Shown one piece after another: positions 11,645-24,400 of a stretch of 64,000 nt of DNA (position 1 is the stretch's first letter; every line of letters begins with the position of its first letter). The position numbers and the translations under genes were made by a program. This DNA comes from Macrostomum hystrix. Its lineage: Eukaryota > Animalia > Platyhelminthes. Under the pieces are notes generated by a model, which did no database searches, was not told where the DNA came from, and saw nothing but the letters and a program-made list of their open reading frames with translations. The stretch covers positions 3,162,001 to 3,226,000 of the forward strand of contig CATNEN010000038.1 in NCBI GenBank assembly GCA_950097015.1. The letters run 5' to 3'.

Positions 11645-13916
11645 TGTTCACACCTAGTTGTAGTTCACACCCAGCTGTAGTTCACACCCAGCTGTAGGTC
11701 TCACCCAGCTGTAGTTCACACCCAGCTGTAGGTCTCACCCAGCTGTAGTTCACACCCAGCTGTAGGTCTCACCCAGCTGTAGTTCACACCCAGCTGTAGG
11801 TCTCACCCAGCTGTAGTTCACACCCAGCTGTAGGTCTCACCCAGCTGTAGGTCACACCTAGTTGTAGTTCACTCTCAGCTGTAGGTCACACCCAGCTGTA
11901 GTTCACACCCAGCTGTAGTTCACACCCAGCTGTAGGTCACACCCAGCTGTAGTTCACACCCAGCTGTAGGTCACACCCAGCTGTAGTTCACACCCAGCTG
12001 TAGTTCACACCCAGCTGTAGTTCACACCCAGCTGTAGGTCACACCCAGCTGTAGTTCACACCCAGCTGTAGGTCACACCCAGCTGTAGTTCACACCCAGC
12101 TGTAGTTCACACCCAGCTGTAGGTCACACCCAGCTGTAGGTCACACCCAGCTGTAGGTCACACCCAGCTGTAGTTCACACCCAGCTGTAGTTAGCTCACA
12201 CCCAGCTGTAGTTCACACCCAGCTGTAGTTCACACCCAGCTGTAGTTCACACCCAGCTGTAGTTCACACCCAGCTGTAGTTCACACCCAGCTGTAGGTCA
12301 CACCCAGCTGTAGTTCACACCCAGCTGTAGTTCACACCCAGCTGTAGCTCACACCCAGCTGTAGTTCACACCCAGCTGTAGGTCACACCCAGCTGTAGTT
12401 CACACCCAGCTGTAGGTCACACCCAGCTGTAGTTAGCTCACACCCAGCTGTAGTTCACACCCAGCTGTAGTTCACACCCAGCTGTAGTTCACACCCAGCT
12501 GTAGTTCACACCCAGCTGTAGTTAGCTCACACCCAGCTGTAGTTCACACCCAGCTGTAGTTAGCTCACACCCAGCTGTAGTTAGCTCACACCCAGCTGTA
12601 GTTCACACCCAGCTGTAGTTCACACCCAGCTGTAGGTCACACCCAGCTGTAGTTCACACCCAGCTGTAGGTCTCACCCAGCTGTAGTTCACACCCAGCTG
12701 TAGGTCTCACCCAGCTGTAGGTCACACCTAGTTGTAGTTCACTCTCAGCTGTAGGTCACACCCAGCTGTAGTTCACACCCAGCTGTAGGTCACACCCAGC
12801 TGTAGTTCACACCCAGCTGTAGGTCACACCCAGCTGTAGTTCACACCCAGCTGTAGGTCACACCCAGCTGTAGTTAGCTCACACCCAGCTGTAGTTCACA
12901 CCCAGCTGTAGGTCACACCCAGCTGTAGTTAGCTCACACCCAGCTGTAGTTCACACCCAGCTGTAGGTCACACCCAGCTGTAGTTCACACCCAGCTGTAG
13001 GTCACACCCAGCTGTAGTTCACACCCAGCTGTAGTTCACACCCAGCTGTAGTTCACACCCAGCTGTAGGTCACACCCAGCTGTAGTTCACACCCAGCTGT
13101 AGTTCACACCCAGCTGTAGTTCACACCCAGCTGTAGGTCACACCCAGCTGTAGTTCACACCCAGCTGTAGTTCACACCCAGCTGTAGTTCACACCCAGCT
13201 GTAGGTCACACCCAGCTGTAGTTAGCTCACACCCAGCTGTAGTTCACACCCAGCTGTAGTTCACACCCAGCTGTAGTTCACACCCAGCTGTAGGTCACAC
13301 CCAGCTGTAGTTCACACCCAGCTGTAGGTCACACCCAGCTGTAGGTCACACCCAGCTGTAGTTCACACCCAGCTGTAGTTCACACCCAGCTGTAGGTCAC
13401 ACCCAGCTGTAGTTCACACCCAGCTGTAGGTCACACCCAGCTGTAGTTAGCTCACACCCAGCTGTAGTTCACACCCAGCTGTAGGTCACACCCAGCTGTA
13501 GTTAGCTCACACCCAGCTGTAGTTCACACCCAGCTGTAGGTCACACCCAGCTGTAGTTCACACCCAGCTGTAGGTCACACCCAGCTGTAGTTCACACCCA
13601 GCTGTAGTTCACACCCAGCTGTAGTTCACACCCAGCTGTAGGTCACACCCAGCTGTAGTTAGCTCACACCCAGCTGTAGTTCACACCCAGCTGTAGTTCA
13701 CACCCAGCTGTAGTTCACACCCAGCTGTAGGTCACACCCAGCTGTAGTTCACACCCAGCTGTAGGTCACACCCAGCTGTAGGTCACACCCAGCTGTAGTT
13801 CACACCCAGCTGTAGTTCACACCCAGCTGTAGGTCACACCCAGCTGTAGTTCACACCCAGCTGTAGTTCACACCCAGCTGTAGGTCACACCCAGCTGTAG
13901 TTCACACCCAGCTGTA
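11645..13916. repeat. 17-bp minisatellite, ~2.3 kb
   Basis: cacacccagctgtagtt / cacacccagctgtaggt units. Confidence 0.97.
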
Positions 13917-14570
13917 TTTGAAAGTGACCAACAAAGTGAACTCTATATCTAGATTTTGTTGTTATATAATACTTTTTATATAGAAATAAAATACCTTGAG
14001 GCAGACTTAGATACGGCATAAATTAGACAATAAGACGACAGGAGATATATCAAGTCTTTCAAATTGATAGTTAGCAATGAATGCTAGTTACGCTCATATG
14101 CTCGGAGCACAGGAAAGCAAAAAAATAGACAACAATTTACAAACAGACAATGCAGATTTGACAAGCATGAGCGATGACAATCAAAATTGAACATCAGTGC
14201 CCGATCTGAGTGAATCAAGTGATATAGATAAGCACAGATAAGTCTTTTATTGCAGCTAGACAAAGCAATTGTTGGAATGACAATTTCGGAAACTTTGGGT
14301 GAAGCCTGGAACAATGAGCAGTTGACAAGTTATTTTATTTCACTGAATCATTCTCCAATTTCAAAATAGTGGGAAAAATTAACGATTAAAAAATGACTTT
14401 TATCAAATATTGAACTACATCGAAATATAGCAAACATTTTACTGACATCTGCATAGAATATTAAAAGGCTTTGAAATTAATTTGATCTTTTAATATAAAT
14501 CTTATGATGTACCCTGATTACTTGGAGTTATACTGCGATTCTTTAAGTTTGGAACTATTTCAGTTGTGTT

Positions 14571-15085
14571 TCGGGCGATTCCTCTGATATATGGGGCAAT
14601 TTTCTGGGGTTTGGGGCGATTCCCTGGGGTTTGGGGCGATTCCCTGGGGTTTGGGACGATTCCAAGGGGTTTGGGGCGATTCCCTGGGGTTTGGGGCGAT
14701 TCCAAGGGGTTTGGAGCGATACCCTGGGTATTAGAGCGATTCCCTGGGGTTTGGGGCGATTCTCTGGGGTTTGGGGCGATTCCCTGGGGTTTGGGGCGAT
14801 TCCCTGGGGTTTGGAGCGATACCCTGGGGTTTGGGGCGATTCCCTGGGGTTTGGAGCGATACCCTGGGGTTTGGGGCGATTCTCTGGGGTTTGGTGCGAT
14901 TTCGTGGGGATTGGGGCGATTCCCTGTGGTTTTGAGAGATTCCAGGGTTTGGGGCGATTCCCTGGGGTTTTTGGTGCGATTCTCTGGGTTTTTGAGAGAT
15001 TCCAGGCTTTGGGTCGATTCCCTGGAGTTTGGAGCGATACCCTGGGGTTTTTTGGGCGATTCTCTGGGGTTTGCAGCGATTCCCT
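14571..15085. repeat. 20-bp G-rich minisatellite (same family as 8381-9002)
   Basis: ggggtttggggcgattccct units. Confidence 0.95.
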
Positions 15086-16056
15086 CACTTTCTTCGCTGT
15101 TTCTTAGAGGTGTGTCGAATGTAGCGACAATTTGCCGTCGCCACGTCAGATATACTCTCTGACTACCTATGAGATCTCTGAGATACCTAGAGAAGAGCGC
15201 AATAGGAAAACAGCATTCGCTATTGAGACACCTATGCTCATAGTCAATCAGTCATTTTCTAGTATTGAATTTATTGACGCCAAACAGACATAAATATTTT
15301 TTAATTAAAAAATAAATAACGTATTGACCTGCATGCCATACTGATGTTACACGATGCCATAAACAGTCAGCATTCACACTACTCAACTGTGAGCACATTG
15401 CTCAAATCCTTTTAACCTGTCGTCTCCTGCTGCACTTCGAAGCTGTTAAAACAAGATTAGTAGAAAAAGCAAAATAAAAAACTCCATTGCACAATAATTA
15501 GAATGCGGATGAAGCTATTAGCAAGCTGACAGTGCTACTAACCAAAGCGAAATCAGTAGCATAAGTGGCGTGTTAACAGTATTACTCGTAGATGTGTGTG
15601 CGAAAATGCATAATGTTCAACTTGCACAGAAACTGACATTGCACTGAAAAACTTCTTGCAATTCAAATAAGCAGCTTAAAACAAAATAGAACTTAAAAAT
15701 GTGCTTGGGGTAGGCAAAATTTTGGCATTTCGTCTAACTATACTAAGTTGCAGAATTTCTGTAACCACGGGATTAATTTATAGACAAGCGAAGCCAATGG
15801 AGAGGGAAGGTGAGTATATTGAAAATCAATAGATAAAAAATACAATAAATTACGGAAAGAGCGGGTAATATAAAGAAAAAGCACTAGACGTTTTTTCTAT
15901 TAAAGTACTTATTTTGCCCTTTGTGATAATAGCATGAAACTCGAATTAGCAACAAGCGCGACTGAATGCAAACCCGAGTACAATTTGCCAAGCTAATTTT
16001 ATAAACATGAAAATCACTTGGACCTATGTAGCTGCTTGGGGGTTAACTAATGGTCA

Positions 16057-16775
16057 ACTAGGGATCATCAGGGGTATCTAGGAGTCATCGGTGTTATCTA
16101 GGAGTCATCGGTGTTATCTAGGAGTCATCGGTGTTATCTAGGAGTCATCGGTGTTATCTAGGAGTCATCGGTGTTATCTAGGAGTCATCGGTGTTATCTA
16201 GGAGTCATCGGTGTTATCTAGGAGTCATCGGTGTTATCTAGGAGTCATCGGTGTTATCTAGGAGTCATCGGTGTTATCTAGGAGTCATCGGTGTTATCTA
16301 GGAGTCATCGGTGTTATCTAGGAGTCATCGGTGTTATCTAGGAGTCATCGGTGTTATCTAGGAGTCATCGGTGTTATCTAGGAGTCATCGGTGTTATCTA
16401 GGAGTCATCGGTGTTATCTAGGAGTCATCGGTGTTATCTAGGAGTCATCGGTGTTATCTAGGAGTCATCGGTGTTATCTAGGAGTCATCGGTGTTATCTA
16501 GGAGTCATCGGTGTTATCTAGGAGTCATCGGTGTTATCTAGGAGTCATCGGTGTTATCTAGGAGTCATCGGTGTTATCTAGGAGTCATCGGTGTTATCTA
16601 GGAGTCATTGGGGTATCGAGGAGTCATTGGGGGTATCTAGGAGTCATCGGGAGTATCTAGGAGTCATCGGGGTATCTAGGAGTCATTAGGGGTATCTAGG
16701 AGTCATTGGGGGTATCTAGGAGTCATTGGGGGTATCTAGGAGTCATCGGGGATATTTAAGAGTCATTGGGAGTAT
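16057..16775. repeat. 20-bp minisatellite just past the integrin stop codon
   Basis: ggagtcatcggtgttatcta, perfect over 16081-16600, degenerate at the edges. Confidence 0.97.
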
Positions 16776-16823
16776 CGATGATCGATGAAATGGTCAGCGG
16801 AGGTGAGCCATTTAGCTGGAGGG

Positions 16824-18391
16824 TCATTGGTAATAGCTGAAGTCGTCCTCGTCGTACCTGTACTTCGACTGCAGCGGCGCGCCGGTCACCCCGGCGGCTA
16901 GAAGGCGCTGCCCGCCTCCGACGGCGCCGCCCCCGCCGTTGCCGCTGCCGGCCGCTCCGCCAGGCTGTTGCTGTTGACCTCTTCGACGCTTGAAGAACGG
17001 CGTGCACATAGCCAGCAGCAGGATCAGAAGGCCGAGAATGAAGGCGCCGAGGAGGCTGGCGCCGCCGTAGATCAGGATGCGCATGAGGATGTCCATCTCT
17101 TCAGGAGGCGGCTTGCCGGAGTTGAACGATTGCAGCACGGGCTGGCGGAACAGGAAATGATGGCAAGGTTGAAATTGATGATTCTAAGTGCCTTTTCAGG
17201 AATTTTCAGGATAAGTGTTGAATGATTTTCAATACTTCTGTGAAGCTCATTGTCGATGCCCAATATAAAGCTCATTGTGGAGCTCCTTGTCGATTCTCAT
17301 TGTGGAGTTCATTGTCGATGCTCATGTGCAGTTAATTGTCGATGCTCATTATGGAGCTCATTATGGGGCTCATTATGGGGCTCATTATGGAGCTCATTAT
17401 GGAGCTCATTATGGGGCTCATTATGGGGCTCATTATGGAGCTCATTATGGGGCTCATTATGGGGCTCATTATGGGGCTCATTATGGAGCTCATTATGGGG
17501 CTCATTATGGAGCTCATTATGGGGCTCATTATGGGGCTCATTATGGGGCTCATTATAGAACTTGTTATGCCTAAAAATGCCTGAGCCATTTTTAAGGTAA
17601 AACTGCCAACAGTTTACACACGGGTGAACAGATTTAAGCAGGTGTAAGCTAATATCTAAGCTAATGAAAATCTAGAAAAAATACAAGTGCTGAATACGAA
17701 GCCATTGTTTATGTGCCATTGTGCACGACTAAACTCTAATTAATAAATGATGCTTAATTCGCAGATTTTACTGAAACATGCTTCTAAATTCTTGCTATTT
17801 ACCATGCACGCTACTTACTGATTTACTGACAAGTAGTCAGATAAAAGTAATGCTCTCAGATTTTCGCTCAATAGAAAATAATTCCCGCCATTGCAATGAA
17901 CGAAAAAACTTGCCTCACAGATTGAGTCTGTGGGAGCCAGTAAGAATGGGCATACATTTGCAGCAGCCACAACCTACGAGCCAGCAGCAATGTCTTCACA
18001 CTGGAGGTTTCATTTTTTTTTGTTTTTGAGTGCGCAAAAGACCGACTAAACTCAGCGCATTTCGCATTTTATGCGCGAACTAAAAAACGAAAAGAACACT
18101 GGACAAGGCACTCACAGAACTTGTAAGTTGCAATCCAGCTAGCCTATGACTTTTTACAACTATGAGAAGTACCAGCGTACCATTAAACTGAAATGGTGCG
18201 TTTCGCTCAGTGTGTGAGAGACTGAGCGAACTTTGCCACATTCTGCTTAGATGAAGACTAGAATAGTTCCATTGAAGATAAAATTTCTGACCCAGTTTGT
18301 GACTCAAGCCCCAACTATCCAAGCTTTGGTTGGAAAAATGAGACAGACTGAAAGAAGTGAGACATGATTAAGTCAGACAGACAGACAGACA

Positions 18392-18422
<31 letters not shown>

Positions 18423-21400
18423 CCCAGAACAGACAGACAGACACCCAGAAGAGACAGACAGACACCCAGAACAGACAGACAGACAGACACCCAGAACAGA
18501 CAGACAGACAGACACCCAGAACAGACAGACAGACACCCAGAACAGACAGACAGACAGACACCCAGAACAGACAGACAGACAGACACCCAGAACAGACAGA
18601 CAGACACCCAGAACAGACAGACAACCAGAACAGACAGACAGACAGACACCCAGAACAGACAGACAGACACCCAGAAGAGACAGACAGACAGACACCCAGA
18701 ACAGACAGACAGACACCCAGAACAGACAGACAGACACCCAGAACAGACAGACAGACAGACACCCAGAACAGACAGACAGACACCCAGAACAGACAGACAG
18801 ACAGACACCCAGAACAGACAGACAGACACCCAGAACAGACAGACAGACACCCAGAACAGAGAGACAGACACCCAGAACAGACAGACAACCAGAACAGACA
18901 GACAGACAGACACCCAGAACAGACAGACAGACACCCAGAAGAGACAGACAGACAGACACCCAGAACAGACAGACAGACAGACACCCAGAACAGGCAGACA
19001 GACAGACACCCAGAACAGACAGACACCCAGAACAGACAGACAGACACCCAGAACAGGCAGACAGACAGACACCCAGAACAGACAGACACCCAGAACAGAC
19101 AGACAGACAAACAGACAGACTATTTAATTGTTCCGGCCACAGAATGCCATCAAAGCTGGTGACCCAGAAAGGCGGGTCTGGTTGATTAACGCAGGCCCTC
19201 TGCACCTGCAAAAGTAGTGAAACAATTATAGGAATACCGAAACAGGCAGGGCTGACCGAAAACAGACAGGGGGTCGGGGTAGCGGTCATGTTGTTTCTTC
19301 CTGAAGCAACAGACCGAACACACAGCTAGAAAGCGTGGGGTGGTGACAGCGGAAACTGCGAAGTCGATGTTAAATCGAGCCGGCTCAGGGCGTGACTCAC
19401 GCGTGGAATAATTCTGGCCGAGTGGAAACTGGCCCAGCTGGCCAACTGTTAAACACTGTCGCTGTTGCCCCTCTGGGGCCGGATTATTTTATATATTTTA
19501 TGTACGGACAAGATCGATATACGGAGTGCCATAGACTTCCGGTAGATTACAATTACAAAAAGGAGATACACAGACAGGTAGATGGACAGACAGGTAGATG
19601 GATAGACAGGTAGATGGACAGACAGGTAGATGAATAGACAGGTAGATGGACAGACAGGTAGATGGATAGACAGGTAGATGGACAGACAGGTAGATGGACA
19701 GACAGGTAGATGGATAGACAGTTAGATGGACAGACAAGTAGATGAATAGACAGGTAGATGGACAGACAGGTAGATGGATAGACAGGTAGATGGATAGACA
19801 GGTAGATGGATAGACAGGTAGATGGACAGACAGACAGGTACAAAGAGGGACAGGTAGACAACTATAAATGTAGATAGACAGACAGATAGATGGACAGGCG
19901 TGTACATGGTTGGTATATTATTAAATAGATACCTAAGTTAACTAATAAACATAGAAAGATAGACTGACAGGTACATAGATTAGTAGATAGACAGGCAGAT
20001 AGACAATAAGCTGAAGGAGAAGAGTAAGAGGAAGCTGGAGATAGTCCAAGAAGCCCAAGGAGCAGGTAAAGCGCCTCATTAAATACTAACTGAATTCTTT
20101 AACCAAGCTGAAAATCCTTCAAAGATCAAATCAGTGGGAGAAAGTTAAGGCAACTTGTTACGTAAAACTCTAACAAACGGATACAAGAATTTAATTTTTT
20201 CGGCGAGATGGCAACACCAGGTGTGTGCGTGAGTGTGTGTGTGCGGCGTAGTCTAAAAATAGAATACCTACAGAGCCAGAAGAAATCGAAAAACACCTGC
20301 TTAACTATATAACCAACACATTAAATAGCGATAGTACAAGTTAACTATTGACATTTGGAATGCTGTAAAGCTATCAATTAGTAATGCGCATGCCAAATTA
20401 AGAGACGCTGAATAAAATATTAGATAGGCTTGTAGCAATAAAATGTGCTCTCATATTTATGTTTCGAATTGTCACTAAAGTTATTTTTTAAAAGATTTCG
20501 CAGATTTCATCTCACCAGTCAAGAGATAGAGCTCTTGGGTAGGGTAATCGTGATTTAGCTACAATTACGGGGGCCATCTGACCCCCAGGAGATATAACTC
20601 TAAGTAGGGGGTCATCTGACCACCAGGAGATATAACTCTAAGTAGGGGGCCATCTGACCCCCAGGAGATATAACTCTAAGTAGGGGGTCATCTGACCACC
20701 AGGAGATATAACTCTAAGTAGGGGGTCATCTGACTCCAGGAGATATAACTCTAAGTAGGGGGGTCATCTGACCACCAGGATATATAACTATAAGTACGGG
20801 GTCATCTGACCCCAGGAGATATAACTCTAAGTAGGGGGGTCATCTGACCACCAGGATATATAACTATAAGTACGGGGTCATCTGACTACAGGAGATATAA
20901 CTCTAAGTAGGGGGGTCATCTGACCACCAGGATATATAACTATAAGTACGGGGTCATCTGACCCCAGGAGATATAACTCTAAGTAGGGGGGTCATCTGAC
21001 CACCAGGATATATAACTATAAGTACGGGGTCATCTGACTACAGGAGATATAACTCTAAGTAGGGGGGTCATCTGACCACCAGGATATATAACTATAAGTA
21101 CGGGGTCATCTGACCCCAGGAGATATAACTCTAAGTAGGGGGGTCATCTGACCCCACAGAGATATAACTCTAAGTAGGGGGGTCATCTGACCCCACAGAG
21201 ATATAACTCTAAGTAGGGGGGTCATCTGACCCCCAGGAGATATAACTCTAAGTAGGGGGGTCATCTGACCACCAGGAGATATAACTCTAAGTAGGGGGGT
21301 CCCGGGGTCATCTGACTCCAGGAGATATAACTCTAAGTAGGGGGTCATCTGACCCCAGGAGATATAACTCTAAGTAGGGGGTCATCTGACTCCAGGAGAT

Positions 21401-24400
21401 ATAACTCTAAGTAGGGGGGTCATCTGACCACCAGGATATATAACTATAAGTACGGGGTCATCTGACCCCAGGAGATATAACTCTAAGTAGGGGGGGTCAT
21501 CTGACCACCAGGAGATATAACTCTAAGTAGGGGGGTCATCTGACTCCAGGAGATATAACTCTAAGTAGGGGGATCATCTGACCCCCAGGAGATTTTCTAA
21601 AAAACAATAAAAATACTTTCTAAAAAACTTTCGTGAAACATTTCAAGTAGTACTAACGGTCACTGAGAACAAAGGCAATGACTAATAAAAGGTGAATTGA
21701 CACCAATTAGTGTTAGTGTTTGTAAAAACAAGCGGAGATAAGACAGAGAGAGGACAGGTCATAAGACAGAGAGAGGACAGGTCATAAGACAGAGAGAGGA
21801 CAGGTCATAAGACAGAAATGTGAAGGTGAGCAGTGATAGCTGGCCCAGTTGATTTCAGTATCAGTTTGTTTTACCTGATACATTGGCCCAACAGATGGCA
21901 CAATTGGCTGGTCATTGCAGTGCGATGCATTCACTTTGCTGCTGTTGCAGGCCTTCATAAATTATTTATAACAAATAAAAGAATAGGTAAACTCATATTT
22001 TGAAAGTTGTCTTTTCAACTTTCATGACGCCTATTGAAGCAAAAACTGAGCACAAAAAAATTAAACAGGAGGCTAGGTTACGTTGCGAGCTACGCAGAAT
22101 TTAAACAAAAGCTGAGTTAGGGTTAAAAAAAATTTAAGAATAAAATACGAGGGCTGTCCCAAAAGTAGTGTTACTTTTGATTATATCTTTTGTTCTGATG
22201 GTTCAAATAACGTGATTTTACACAGTCTTATAGCGGCAAGTCTCTTCTTTATATTAATTCAAATCTTTTTTTCTAACAGACTAGGGAAATAGAAGTTATC
22301 AACGAAAAACTAACAGGACCTCAAACATAGACTTACAGTAAATCAACAAGCAAGCAAAAATGACCAACAGTTGAGTGGTTGCGAATATGAAGTTTTCTCG
22401 TAGCAATTGAAACGCTCCTCTGCACTCGTCGGTGGGAATGCTTGACTTCTCAACGTAGTCACCGCCGAGCTGAAGGCATTTTTGCCACCGACTGAACAAA
22501 CCGTCAATAGCGTTGGCATAACTCTCGCGTGGAATTTTGTGGAGCAGGACATTCCGCACTGCCTGTTCGAGGTTGTCACGGTTCTCATGAACTTTACCTC
22601 GCAGATGCGACTTCATTAGTGGAAATAAGGCGAAATCTGCTGGCGCCAGATCAGGCGAATACGGTGGATGAGGCAAAATATTAAACTTGAGTCTGCTGAC
22701 AGCCTCGGAGGTCTTCTGTGCAGTATGGGGTCTGGCGTTGTCGTGGTGGAGAAGAAAGGGCTTGATTCCAACCCGACGCTTGTTCCAGATTTCGAACTTC
22801 AATTTTTCAAGGGAAGCAATATAGCACTCGGCATTGATGCTCTTCCCTGGCTCAAGAAATTCGATTGTAAGTGGTCCATTTCTGTCGAAGAACAAAGTCA
22901 GAAGCACCTTTTTGCAGTGAGGCTCTCAACGTGCCTTAACAGGGGGGTCTGAACCCCTGATTGTCCAAACCTTGGACTCCTGTTTGGTGGGGGGATCGAA
23001 GTGAGGCACCCACGTCTCGTCACCAGTAACAACGATTTGCCGAAACGTTTCCCATCCACCATGTTGCCTGACGAGCTCCAGATTCTCCTGGCACACTCGC
23101 TGCCGCTGCTCTTTCAGGTCTGGTGTCAGAAGGCGTGGAATCCAGCGAGCACTCCGCTTCACATAATCCATGCTGGTGAGACTTCGATGAACCGTTGATC
23201 GCGGAGTATTTAGCCTGTCAGCAATCTCTCTGATCGTCATTCGTGCGTCCTCATCAAGAAGATCCAGGATAGCGTCAGCCAGGACGTCAGAGTCTCGAAC
23301 ATGAGGGCGACCTGTCCTGAGCTGATCAGCAAGGTCCGTCCTTCCCGCTCGAAACTGTTCTATCCAACAATAGATGGTCATTTTACTGACCGCGCAAGAC
23401 CCATGAGCTGATGAAAGTTGCCCATGAATCTCGGCTGCACTGTGCCCCGTCTTCCAAAGGGTGTAAATCACACTCCTCTGGGCAAAACTTGAATGCACAT
23501 CCATGATCTTTAGCACAGCAAGAAATGAGAACAAAAATGCTCGTACTGAAGCCAAGTCCCAGTGAGAGATATGAAGATTTCATTCCATCTTTTCCAGAGA
23601 CAACTTTCAAATTATAACTTCATTATGATTTTTCCAGAGACATATCTTTGTCGCAGATTGAGAAATTCAGAAATTTTGGTTGAAAGAGTGACCTCAGTCG
23701 AAAGCACTTTCGTAGCATTCCGATAGCTTGTTGATTTACTGTAAGTCTATGTTTGAGGTCCTGTTAGTTTTTCGTTGATAACTTCTATTCCTATTTCCCT
23801 AGTCTGTTAGAAAAAAGATTTGAATTAATATAAAGAAGAGACTTGCCGCTATAAGACTGTGTCAAATCACGTTATTTGAACCATCAGAACAAAAGATATA
23901 ATCAAAAGTAACACTACTTTTGGGACAGCCCTCGTAGTTCAGTTTAGCGTAGAAACTTTGTAATCACACCAGCTTAGAAAATGCATTAAATTTCTTATAC
24001 ATTCGAGATCACAGAAGAAGACAAAAAGAGAAGAGAGAGAGAGAGAATAAAGAGATCATATAATTGTAACTCAGCGAACAGCAAAGGAAGCAAGCGAGGG
24101 CGTGGGAGAACGGCAGAACGAGCTAAACAATTTCCCTGGATTAAAAAAGATAAGAGAAGATAACAGCGCTGAAGGACAAATAGACCACCCCCCTCCGAAC
24201 TCAACAACGAAGCAACCCAGTGAGTTCTTATCGGCTAGAAGGAAAAAGCAAACACGAATTCAGTGTTGAAATTGCTACCCAAAGCTTCGGCCTTGAATTG
24301 CTGTATTCGTTATAATATGCACATTTACGCTAGCAATAAATTAATGAGGCCAAATGCAGCCAAATAGACTCACAGTCAAAGCCGATTGATCAGATTGCCG

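Noticed and set aside
14571-15085. Interstitial telomere
   Set aside because: The GGGGTTTGGGG motif is part of a 20-bp unit, not a (TTAGGG)n tract.
22926-22928. Programmed readthrough or selenocysteine at the transposase TGA
   Set aside because: No supporting signal seen; a nonsense mutation in a decaying copy is simpler.
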